Shown here in pieces: positions 52,481 to 64,000 of a stretch of 64,000 nt of DNA (within the stretch, counting starts at the first letter, position 1; each line of letters begins with the position of its first letter). The notes beneath the pieces are model-generated. The model ran no database searches and had not been told where the DNA came from. It worked only from the letters and a program-made list of their open reading frames with translations. The position numbers were made by a program, and so were the translations under genes. Source of the DNA: Octopus vulgaris. Its lineage: Eukaryota. The stretch is from NCBI GenBank assembly GCA_951406725.2, contig OX597814.1, forward strand, positions 182,280,001 to 182,344,000, in the 5' to 3' direction.

Positions 52481-52765
52481 ACACAACAGGATGATAATGA
52501 TAATTAACGCAATATAACACACACGCGCAGGCACACACACATTACAGGTAAAATCCTTACGACTGATCTCTCTTGAATGATTGTACTTATAATCTAAATA
52601 TTCGACCATGTCACACTGCCTCACGCTGATTCTGGAAGAGACTCTCCCCAGACAATAAAATGTTTAACTTCTTGTACACTAATTCAATGAACAGTAGTTA
52701 GTCGAGTTGAGTGAACAACAGATACTCTTGAAATCTATGAACATCCATCTACTTTCATATTTATA

Positions 52766-52767
52766 CG

Positions 52768-52833
<66 letters not shown>

Positions 52834-52857
52834 TGCGTGCGTGCGTGCGTGCGTGCG

Positions 52858-52889
<32 letters not shown>

Positions 52890-52890
52890 C

Positions 52891-52968
<78 letters not shown>
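52766..52968. repeat. (TG)n/(TGCG)n microsatellite
   Basis: Direct reading. Confidence 0.95.
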
Positions 52969-53710
52969 ATATTCAATAATCAAATGAAGAGTGCTTTCTG
53001 CACCGGGAATTCTTCTGAGAGCGCTTATAAACATGAGTGTCGATAAATGGAATATAGGTGTGATGGGTCACAATGAGGTGTTTTTACTGCATTTTTGATT
53101 TAGAGACAAAATATATTTTTTACAAATGTTCACTACCTTACAAAAACTATATCAGCTTAGCAAATGGCCGTCCCTAAATGCATTAAAAATATTATAACAT
53201 AATCTGAACCCTTTTTCAGAAGATTATCGCCGTTCTCTTTGAGCATATAAAAACAAATTTGGGTGGGGCAAAATGGGTTAGCCAAGATAAGGCAAGTTTA
53301 CCGCTTCACTTCTCCAGAATTACATTTGGAAACAGACTCGTACACATCTTTAGACATCAGAAAGCAAAATAAAAAAAAAAAATAAAAAAAAGCTCATAGA
53401 ATATTTTCTATAGCTTCTTCCCGATCTGCTGGAGTGTCTCTCTTCGTGATATATTTACACACCATGCAGTTAAAGAAATCATTGAAGTTAGTCATCGCTC
53501 GTATTATCTATCCCATTTGAGACATCACTTCTTAAACCTTGAAAATTATCAAATTAGATATTAGTATAGGAAAAAAAATGACTTGGAATCCAAGAGAGGA
53601 AAGAATATTGATTGTTAAGCACAAAAATTATCCAGTTATTTTATTAGGTTCTTATTTGTCATCGGGGTTATCTTTTCGACGGATTTCATTATAGACCTAG
53701 TTACAACACC

Positions 53711-53980
53711 ATGTATGTATGTATGTAGGTGTTTGTATGTATGTATGTAGGTGTATGTATGTATGTATGCATGCATGCATGCATGTATGTATGTATGTAT
53801 GTATGTATGTATGTATGTATGTATGTATGTATGTATGTATGTATGTATGTATGTATGCATGCATGCATGTATGTATGTATGTATGTATGTATGTGTGTAT
53901 GTATGTATGTAGGTGTTTGTATGTATGTATGTAGGTGTACGTATGTATGCATGCATGATGCATGTATGTATGTATGTATG

Positions 53981-54014
<34 letters not shown>

Positions 54015-54345
54015 TGTATGTATGTGTGTGTGTGTATGTATGTATGTATGCATGAATGCATGTATGTATGTTTTTATGTATGTATGTATGTATGTATGTA
54101 TGCATGTATGCATGCATGCATGTATGTATGTATGTATGTATGTATGTATGTATGTATGTATGTATGTATGTATTAGCCCATGACGCGAGACTGTGTTTCA
54201 GCGACACACCCTTGTTTAAAATAACACTCGCTGCATACACACCAGCAACCAGACAGTTATACATACATACATACATACATACATACATACATACATACAT
54301 ACATACATACATACATACATACATACATACATACATACATACGTA
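53711..54345. repeat. (TATG)n tract, ~90-bp unique island, then (CATA)n tract
   Basis: Direct reading. Confidence 0.9.
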
Positions 54346-55349
54346 TGTACACGTGTGTATCTTTAAGTACAGAGCTTAGACATGTCACAGTTACGATGGT
54401 ATAAAACTCGCAACAAACGTGTGATCACCTTCGTTGCCTTTACAATGAGATAGCTTAGCGTTGGATATTTGCCGTGAGGCTCTCTTGAGTAACCAATTGC
54501 AAAATGGTTACACCTTTCTTACTAGGCCATTAGCTGAGTAAGTGAACTAACAAGTAATATGGGTACGAACCAAATCGAAATTGTAGGTTTATCTAGATGT
54601 GGAGCTTGTGTTCCACTTATTTTAAGATACATGTCACAGACACGCATGCAGAAAGCACATATGTATATTGTTTAATGCGGTATGATAATTAGTTCAGTCT
54701 AGTATTGTTAACTCGACGCATGTTATATTCTCTTTCAATTGTTGAACTGAGACCTGTTCGAGAATACATTGAATCGATGCCAGTTCATATCTGATACTTA
54801 ACTCAAGTGCCACATAAAACAAAGTATGGGTTGCATGCCAACGCTTAAGCCATAGAGAAAAAAAATTGAAGGTAAAACTTCTTATATAAATAACTTCAGC
54901 TTTATGTGCATATTTATAGGAATGTTTATATATTGTGTAAAAGAAAAATAATTACTTTTGTTTGTAAAGTGAGAAATTACTATTTCAGATAAGCAGCGTG
55001 TCGATTGAAAGCTTTTATTCTGACAATGTGCCAGCGGGTAATGTTGCGTAAATTTTGTGCAAATATTACTTATTTGTCCTGAAGATAAGGCAGAGAATTG
55101 TCTTTGCATCTATGATCAAACGGAATTCTTTTACTGGTTTGAGTAATTGAACTGCGGTCATATTTGGGCACCACCTTCGTGAGAGTTTTTTTCCATTCTT
55201 TCTTTAGTTGATTAAAGGGTTGTATATGGATACGCTTTGTGCTAATATAGAGTGGAAATGATAAAGCATTTTCGAGTTTACTAGTGTATATGGATACACT
55301 AGTAAACTCGAAAATAGCCTCATATCCACACACAAACACTCACATATTT

Positions 55350-55966
55350 AAATACATGCGTGCATACATACATACATACATAGTTACATACATACATGCA
55401 TACATACATACATGCATGCATACACACACATGCATACATACATGCATGTATACAATCATACATGCATGCATACATACCTACATAATGCATTCATTCATGC
55501 ATGCATGCATACATACATACATACATACATACATACATAGTTACATACATACATGCATACATACATACATGCATGCATACACACACATGCATACATACAT
55601 GCATGTATACAATCATACATGCATGCATACCTACATACATGCATTCATTCATGCATGCATATATGCATGCATGCATACATACACACATACATACATACAT
55701 GTATGTATGCATGCAAGTATGTATGCATGCATACATGCATACACACATACATGCATGCATACATGCATGTATACAATCATACATGCATACATATCTACAT
55801 ATATGCATTCATTCATGCATACATACATACATGCATACATACATGCATGTATACAATCATACAAGCATACATACCTACATACATGCATTCATTCATTCAT
55901 GCATGCATACATACATACATACATACATACATACATACATACATACATACAATCATACATACATAT
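55350..55966. repeat. (CATA/CATG)n tract with higher-order duplication
   Basis: tagttacatac block at 55381 and 55538; tgtatacaatcatac recurs. Confidence 0.9.
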
Positions 55967-56130
55967 GCGCAATGGACAAATGACAAAAATCGAAAAGGTC
56001 TATTATAAAACGAATTTACTGAGCCAAGACTCAGACGATCTCCTGTTGGCTCTTTAGTTGTAATGAATTGAAGAACTTATCTTGATTTCATTAATTAACA
56101 TCTAACTGAGTTGTATAAGCTTCTATGCTT

Positions 56131-56809
56131 TCAAGAAACAAATTTAACAAGTTGTACACAATCGAAATCTATATCGTTCACTGTTTCAGTCATTGGACTG
56201 CAGCCATGCTGGGGCACCGCTTTGAAGGGCTTGGTCGAACAAATCGGCCCGAGTTCTTATATTTAAAACCTGATACTTATTCTATCGGGCTAATGTTACG
56301 TGAATATAAACAAACCAACACCAACACAAGTTGTCATGTGGACAAACACAAAGGTACAAGCACGTGCATCCCTCACACATATACTCGACGGACTTCCACA
56401 CAGTTTCCGTCTATCGAAATTCACTCACAAGGCATTTGTTGACCCATATCTTTAGTTAAAAAGACTTGCTCAAGAAACAAATTTAACAAGTTGTACACAA
56501 TCGAAATCTATATCGTTCACTGTTTCAGTCATTGGACTGCAGCCATGCTGGGGCACTGCTTTGAAGGGCTTGGTCGAACAAATCCACCTCAGTTCTTATA
56601 TTTAAAACCTGATACTTATTCTATCGGGTTAATGCTACGTGAATATAAACAAACCAACATCAACACAAGTTGTCATGTGGACAAACACAAAGGTACAAAC
56701 ACATGCATCCCTCACACATATACACGAAGGACTTCCACACAGTTTCCGTCTATCAAAATTCACTCACAAGGCATTTGTTGATCCATATGTTTAGTTGGAA
56801 AGACTTGCT
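56131..56809. repeat. 339-bp tandem duplication containing an old family A SINE
   Basis: tcaagaaacaaatttaacaagttg at 56131 and 56470. Confidence 0.9.
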
Positions 56810-56964
56810 CAAGGTGCCGCACAATAAGATTGAATCCGAAACCACATAATTGCAAAGTGAGCTTCTTAACTACACAACCATATCAGCACATGTAAGAGAT
56901 AAATTAATTAGTATAATTCAGATTATCCGTCACCATAACTTCAAATCTTGATAATCTGAAAAGT

Positions 56965-57240
56965 ATACTCTTTTAGTTGTTTCAGTCATTTGACAACGGC
57001 CATGCTGGAACACCGCCTTTAGTCGAGCAAATCGACCCCAGGACTTATTCTTTGTAAGCCTAGTACTTATTCTTTCGGTCTCCTTTACCGAACCGCTAAG
57101 TTACGGGGACGTAAACACACCAGCATCGGTTATCAAGCGATGTTGGGGGGACAAACACAAACACACAAACATATACATACACACACACACAAACATACAC
57201 ACACATTACCCCCCCCATATATATATATATATATATATAC

Positions 57241-57301
<61 letters not shown>

Positions 57302-57460
57302 TATATATACGACGGGCTTCTTTCAGTTTCCGTCTACCAAATCCACTCACAAGGCTTTGGTCGGCTCGAGGCTATAGTAGAAAACACTTGCCCAAGGTGC
57401 CACGCAAGGAGACTGAACCGGGAACCATGTGGTTGGTAAGCAAGCTACTTACCATACATC
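56965..57460 (-). mobile_element. family A SINE
   Basis: Head, core and tail; another copy at 58455-58845 and a family B copy at 58180-58392. Confidence 0.85.
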
Positions 57461-58618
57461 CACTAGATATAAATAACATTTTTTTTCTCTCTACATGGTT
57501 AAAAAAAAACCCCCACGAAATACTAATTTCAGACCTCAGTAAACGGCTTCAAATATTTAAGAGGAATTGAGACTCTATGTCATGCATATCGTTTTCAAGA
57601 TCATTAGTAAAGGAAGAGCTATAAAGTGTCTACATGAAAGAAAAACATTTAACATCACACGTAAAGTACAACGCCTCAAATTTGGTGGAGTGCATAGTCG
57701 ATTAGTTCAACGCAACTACTCAACTGATACTTATTTTATCAAGCACAGATGAATAATTGGCAAAGTTGATCTCTGTGGGAATTGAAATTTGATCGAGAAT
57801 ATGTCTTAACTAAATAGTGTAAAGCATCTTCTTTAACACCCTTAAGATTCTGCCAATACAACAGAGAAAACTATAGAGGTCTTCTATCAACAAAAGCTAT
57901 GTATCATGTAGGCCAATTGTATGAGCTACTTAATAATTTGTATCTATTTTATCGAATCCCTCTTCACTATAAAAGGGTAAAACGATAAATCAACATTGGG
58001 CAGACTTGGACGCAGAATATACAAGATCGAGACTAAATATTGCACAGTAGTTATTCCAATGTTTTATTATTTCCACTCTATATTAGCACAAAGCGTTTCA
58101 TATTGCATTCGAAAACTCGTCATTTCTCGCCTTCATACTTAGTTATAAATTTTAAAAAATAATTAAAACAGTAAGAAAATAATTCCTTTCTATAATAGAC
58201 ACAAGGCCTGAAATTTGGGGGAGGAGCTAGCTGTGTATATTGATCCCAATACTCAACTAGTACTTATTTTATCGACTCCGAAAGGATGAAAAGCAAAATT
58301 GACCTCGGCGGTATTTAAACTCAAAATGTAAAGACGAATGAAATACTAATAAACATTTTGCCCGGCGTGCTAACGATTCTGGCAGCTCACCGGTAAAAGA
58401 TGATAAAATATATACTCTTTTTTTTTTTTAAAATGCGCAAAAAAAATAATAAAATATACTCTCTTTACTCTTTTACTCTTTTACTTGTTTCAGTCATTTG
58501 ACTGTGGTCATGCTGGAGCACCGCCTTTAGTGGATCAAATCGACCCCAGGACTTATTCTTTGTCCAGCATCGGTTGTCAAATGATGCTGATGGGGGGGGG
58601 GGGGACAAACACAGACAC

Positions 58619-58681
<63 letters not shown>

Positions 58682-59320
58682 GACAGGTTTCTTTTAGTTT
58701 CCGTCTACCAAATCCACTTACAAGGCTTTGGTCGGCCTGGGGCTATAGTAGGAGTCACTTGCCCAAGGTGCCACGCAGTGGGACTGAACCCGGAACCATG
58801 TGGTTGATAAGCAAGCTACTTACCACACAATCACTCCTGCACCTATACAAATACTCTTAAAAAAAATTTAGAAGCTCAGCTGCTAACAAACGATCAGTTG
58901 CTTTTTCTTAACTCCAAATTAAAGGCAAAACTGCATTTCCCAAACTTTCATAAATGCATTCATGAGCAAAATTTCCTTCTCGTTAAATAATACTTTTCGT
59001 AAGTTTCAATGAGAAAGAATGGAGTTTCATCCATGACCCTCACCCATGATATTTGCCTATAACCTTCGCCTACACTTTGCTCATGATCCTCGCACGCCTT
59101 TCAAGACTGGTAGTCTTGATTTTATGAAGTTGATTTTATCTTATACATCTACAAGTCAACGATTGCAGGAAAACGCGGATAAGAAAGGTATTCCAGTCAG
59201 CTGTTGTTCTGCAAATGAATGATTGTGTAATGGGGTTAGAAGGTGTCTGAGGGGAAGGGGAGACAGCATAGCTGGCAAGAGACTAGCGTATCAGTCGGGC
59301 TCGTGTGGAAGTGGTATGTA

Positions 59321-59491
59321 CCGTATTTTAACGTGTATAAGGAACCCCCGCCCCCTTTTTTTGTCAAAAATTAGGTTAAAAAAGTATGGTAGTTTCTTAT
59401 ACATGGATAGTATTAAAATCCCTTACAAAACCTCTTTTCGAAATTTTAAGCCCCCAAAATTAGGGAGTTCTTTAATCACTTTAAAATACGG
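59321..59491. mobile_element. pogo/Tigger-type MITE
   Basis: TA-ccgtatttta...taaaatacgg-TA. Confidence 0.75.
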
Positions 59492-59658
59492 TAATTAGCT
59501 AGATTTAAGGCGCAGAGGCTATTGCTGTAGCGCCAGGAAAGGTAGGGTGAGGAGACACTGTTTTTTTGTCAAATTTCTCGATGGTGAGAGATTAGTGTGT
59601 GATACAAGAAAAGTGTCGTCTGTAAATGTAGTTTTAAGTAAGCCTTGCTAGTTGTCAT

Positions 59659-59721
<63 letters not shown>

Positions 59722-59807
59722 ATCCAAACATGAAACCACAACAACGCGAGGACGTGGAACAAGTACAGTGTTACTGGACGTTCAGGAAAGGAAAGAAAGA
59801 AGGAGGA

Positions 59808-59840
59808 TTTAACGTTTCGAGCGGAGCTATTCGTCAGAAA
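59808..59840 (-). ncRNA. minimal Penelope-type hammerhead-like motif
   Basis: tttCTGACGAa-tagc-tcc-gctc-GAAACGTTAaa inside a TA-flanked fragment (59718-60035). Confidence 0.5.
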
Positions 59841-60034
59841 CATAGGAAAAGGAAAGATCCAAGGAAGGGAAGACGGAGGGAAAAAATCGCCAACAATACA
59901 CAAGTGGTCACATTTTGAATGATCGGAAGGGAATGGGTGAAGAAAAAGTTATTTTTCTTTCTCTGTGTGTGTGGTTGTGGCTGTTAATCTATGTGTGTAG
60001 TTGGGCTTAGAATCGTTTAAGGTCATACGAAGAA

Positions 60035-60095
<61 letters not shown>

Positions 60096-60723
60096 GAAAG
60101 AGAAAGAGAGAGAGAGAGAGAGTAAGTGTGGAACTTACTGTAGTAGGAGATATGGTTAAGGATTGATGCCATCACCTTTGAGATGCTGGAAGCTAGAACG
60201 ACAGATCGACAATTGGTGAGTCAGGAAAGTCACACATTATAGTATGTTTGTAAAGATCGGGATAAATCCACGCAGAGAGAAAGATTTAATACTTTGGTGT
60301 GGATGGGCTAACTCTGAGACACAGTGTTCGAAGGTAATGGAAAGAATATTATCAGCGTTGGTAGCCTTGTTGGTTTGGTGTGATCGGCGGTCCTTCCGGT
60401 GTTGATACATGGTGGCGAGACTCGTGAAATAGGAAAGGAAAGTCTTGCCTTGTGTGTGCAGTGTGTTGTTGGATTCAAAGCAGATAGTAAGTGTGGCGAG
60501 TTCCTATTTCTTATGACGTATCACAATTGAGGAATAGCGTGTAGATGAATTCTGTAAAGTTGGTGGAGATATGCTAGCAATAGGTCAACTTTGATTTGGA
60601 AGACAACTGTTTGCTGGAATTACAGTGGTGAGTAAAAGTTGTCTAGTCGAACAACTGTGAACTTCGTAGTGATCGACATTATAATGATCAGATTAGATAT
60701 GTAAGTTCTTTTAATTCCCAGAC

Positions 60724-60898
60724 CATCTTTAAATGACGGTCTGACCATCTGCCAAGCAAATGGGAAGCAGTAATTGAAGTAGATGGTGAATATGCTCCGG
60801 AATAATCATTTAAAGATGTTTTTGTTATACGTTGTTATTGTTTTTGTTGAATAAAATTTGTTGAAAAAAAGCAGCATTAATTATGCACAAACCCAATA
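60724..60898 (+). mobile_element. mariner 3' fragment between 75-bp direct repeats
   Basis: DHLPSKWEAVIEVDGEYAPE* then ttatgcacaaacccaaTA; repeats at 60649-60723 and 60907-60981. Confidence 0.7.
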
Positions 60899-61963
60899 GC
60901 TTTTGCGAACAACTGTGAACTTCGTAGTGATCGACATTATAATGATCAGATTAGATATGTAAGTTCCTTTAATTCCCAGACTAAGTAGTGTTCTATTAAG
61001 AACGATCTTTCTTTTGAAGAATTTCGGGAACCAATACTTATAAAAGAGAAGAATAAGGAGCATTCATTACCGAATTTAGTATGGACTAATAAACTGTTTT
61101 GACAGGTGGTTATTAACTCGAATTACCAAACTGTTTTCACAATGCGAAGTGGAGGCCCAGCTCATGAAAATAAACCATATTCCAGTTGCTTTGATTGTTA
61201 CTCTTACCGAAAACCTATCTCGATTAGTAAGAGCTTCTTCAAAGAGCCACATCTGCCATTCTGCATCACATGAAATGGAAGTTATTCTAGAATCGCAAAA
61301 TTTTGTGTGACCTTTAATATTAACTAGAACAGGTGCCGAATTATTATGATAGCATATTAATCAAAACAATTAACTTTAATAGAGTTAATTCTTTTTACTG
61401 CTTCTTTATTATTTCTCCATTCAGTCAGGTAGGTAGACTTCAGACAGGTGTCAGTTATAGTTTACATAAAGACCGGAGATAAGAGCGAAGAAGTCTGATG
61501 TACGTAAATAAATAATCTAAGAACTTTTGTGCATCGATTATGTAAGCTTTCTACAATAATTTGTCTTTATTCCTGAAGGCAGCCGCGACCTGGTTTCTCT
61601 CACAAAAACAGTTTGGTAAAGGAATGGAAAAGATACTCGTACATCTTCACACATTCAGTTCTATATAAATTGAATTAGTACAACTAACAATAAGGATATC
61701 TGATGCTCAAATGCAAAGACAAAAGCCCTAATGAAAAGATATCAAATGAAAACAAAATGGTGTTAGCTATAACTCTTTGACTGCTATTTCTAAATTCGGT
61801 GTGTGGTGAGGCAAATCGTTGCTAAACCCTTAATTACTTAGTATTACTTAAACTTTCCTCGAATGAGGCTCTTACATGCCGAAATCTACTTGGTGAAATT
61901 AATGATTATTCCAAATTAATTAATTTCACCCTATATTATTATATATATATATATATATATATA

Positions 61964-62338
61964 CTAGCAGTATCGCCCGGCGTTGCTCAGGTTTGTAAGG
62001 GAAATAACTATAAAGCATTTTTAGAGAGTTATAGCCAAAAAATAGCAAAAAAATGGAAAAAAATGATGGTAAATTTTTTTTAGTTAAAAAGGTGGAGTTG
62101 CGTCCCCTAGACAGTTTGCGGTTTGTGTTTCTGATTCTCGACCCCATGTCGAATTTATCGATTTTTTCAGAACTGGGGGAACTTTTCAAAATTTTCGCTG
62201 CGTTAGTTTTGAATTATGACATTGGGCTATGTGTGTGTCAAGTTTCATCAGAATCGGTTGAAAGCCGTGGTCAGGGTGAGGGTACAAGCAAACAGACACA
62301 CAGAAACACGCACAGACAAACTGCCGTTTATATAGAGA
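61964..62338 (-). mobile_element. non-autonomous Helitron
   Basis: Reverse strand 5' TC start, 3' cctgagcaacgccggg hairpin and CTAG end, inserted at A|T in a TA tract. Confidence 0.85.
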
Positions 62339-62357
62339 TATATATATATATATATAT

Positions 62358-62885
62358 ATGATTCTGCCATTTGATGCGGAGGATTTTTCGGAGGCAGCGC
62401 AAGTGAAAGATGTTTAGGCGACGCTCTTGGCGTGTGTATATCGTCCACGTCTCACTTCCATACAGTGCTGAGTACTCTACTGTATGGAAGTGAGACCTGG
62501 ACGCTATACACACGCCAAAATCTTGTGGGTAGACCGATCTTACGTTACAAGGATGTTTGCAAAAGGGACATGAAGGCCTGCAACATCAATATTAGCAGTT
62601 GGGAGGCAGTTGCCGGCAACCGTGGAGAATGGCGACGTACCGTAAAAGAGGGAATACAAAGGAGTGACAGAGAGAGAAGGGAGAAATGGAAAGAAAAGAA
62701 GAGACTATGGCATTACAACCAGCCAGGAACAGTCTTCGCTACATTTGCGGTACCTGCCAGAGGGAGTGTTTGTCCAGGATAGGACTACACAGCCACAGCA
62801 GGAAATGTATCAGGACATGAAATATAAAAGCCGGACTAGACTACATTATGCGCAACTCCATAGTCTCCCGAGACAGAAAGGATGC

Positions 62886-62890
<5 letters not shown>
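62358..62890 (+). mobile_element. RTE (BovB-like) 3' fragment with 5' foldback inversion
   Basis: LLYGSETWTLY, GRPILRYKDVCKRDMK on +; LYGSETWTIYTRQERRLNIFHLRCLRKIL on -; tail ccatagtctcccgagacagaaaggatgcc. Confidence 0.85.
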
Positions 62891-62948
<58 letters not shown>

Positions 62949-63150
62949 AAAATAAGCAACAAGGATATCCAGAGATAATGCAGTACGATCGTTTCATGCA
63001 ACTCCATTTAATTGAACAATGTTTTTTATTTTTATCACCTTATTTTGAAATTGTATGGATAATACCGTTCAAAATTCTGGTGCCTCAACTTAAGTACCAT
63101 ATTCATCTGAATCTAAATTTTTGCTTATATTGTACACACACAGACACACA

Positions 63151-63201
<51 letters not shown>

Positions 63202-64000
63202 TTATGCGGATAAGCAAATTAAATATAACAGCTTGGGTTTGATATACAATGTGTGTGCGTGCGTGCGTGCGTACGTGTACCTGCGTGTACCTGCGTGTAT
63301 ACATGTAAAGAGAAAGAAAGCAAAGACTGAAGATTTTCAGGCGATAAATTTTTAAGTATAGATATATAGATATTAATACATTAATAGATCAAACTTACAG
63401 AGTATAGACGGCAGATAAAATTAAAGGGAAGGAGGTAAGGTGTTACAAGTCCAACAACTGTTTCTGGGAGATCAGAGATCCATCATAATGTCGGTAGATG
63501 TAGTTCACCAAAATATGGGATCAAATAAACATTGGATAAATCGAGCCTCCGTCATCAGGGTAGAAATCTTACATTTCAGATCATGATGCAGAGAAATCTA
63601 AGTGGAATGTTTAAATGTGGAGATCAAGCAGTATTGGAGGGAGGAAGCAGGAGGCTCGGTGGGGGTGTTGAGGCAGGAAAGGGTGAAAAGAGATAAGAGA
63701 GTCAGTTCAGGAAGGTGGAGTGGGGTTAACAATCAGGGTATTGAGAGAGGTACTAGTGGGGGTGGCGAGTTAGGAGATAAATGAGGGAAAGAGGTAGTAA
63801 TTGAAAGGTGGTTAGTTATTTTGGGGTTTGTGAATAAATGTCAAGGTGGGGCGATATATTTATAATACAGATACACACACACACACACACACACGTATAA
63901 AACGTATATTGATACACACACACACACGCACGCACGCGCACGCACGCACGCACGCGCACGCACGCACGCACGCGCACGCACGCACGCACGCGCACACACA

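Noticed and set aside
53160-53530. Faint hAT-like transposase resemblance on - strand (also Tc1-like hints at 61080-61200)
   Set aside because: Only a few scattered residues; needs a profile search

Overview
This is AT-rich, microsatellite-dense eukaryotic non-coding DNA, most likely intronic or intergenic octopus (coleoid cephalopod) sequence. That assignment is an inference from the SINE/RTE families and the (TA)n, (TATG)n and (CA)n load. I found no intact host CDS; nearly all listed ORFs are microsatellite or repeat artefacts. The window is a mosaic of tRNA-headed SINEs (three families), an older dispersed repeat, RTE/RTEX and CR1 LINE remnants, Tc1/mariner, Merlin, piggyBac-type and pogo-type MITEs, two Helitrons, solo LTRs and Penelope-like fragments in TA tracts. 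Most interesting are: (i) several type I hammerhead-ribozyme motifs in Penelope-like or retrozyme-like units, including a 356-bp unit with direct terminal repeats; (ii) repeated templated inverted or duplicated insertions with a template-switch signature, one stitching a ribozyme arm to 43 bp of a neighbouring Tc1 element; (iii) a candidate minus-strand micro-exon and an apparent CpG-retention domain structure. No prokaryote-type system (CRISPR, operon) is supported.
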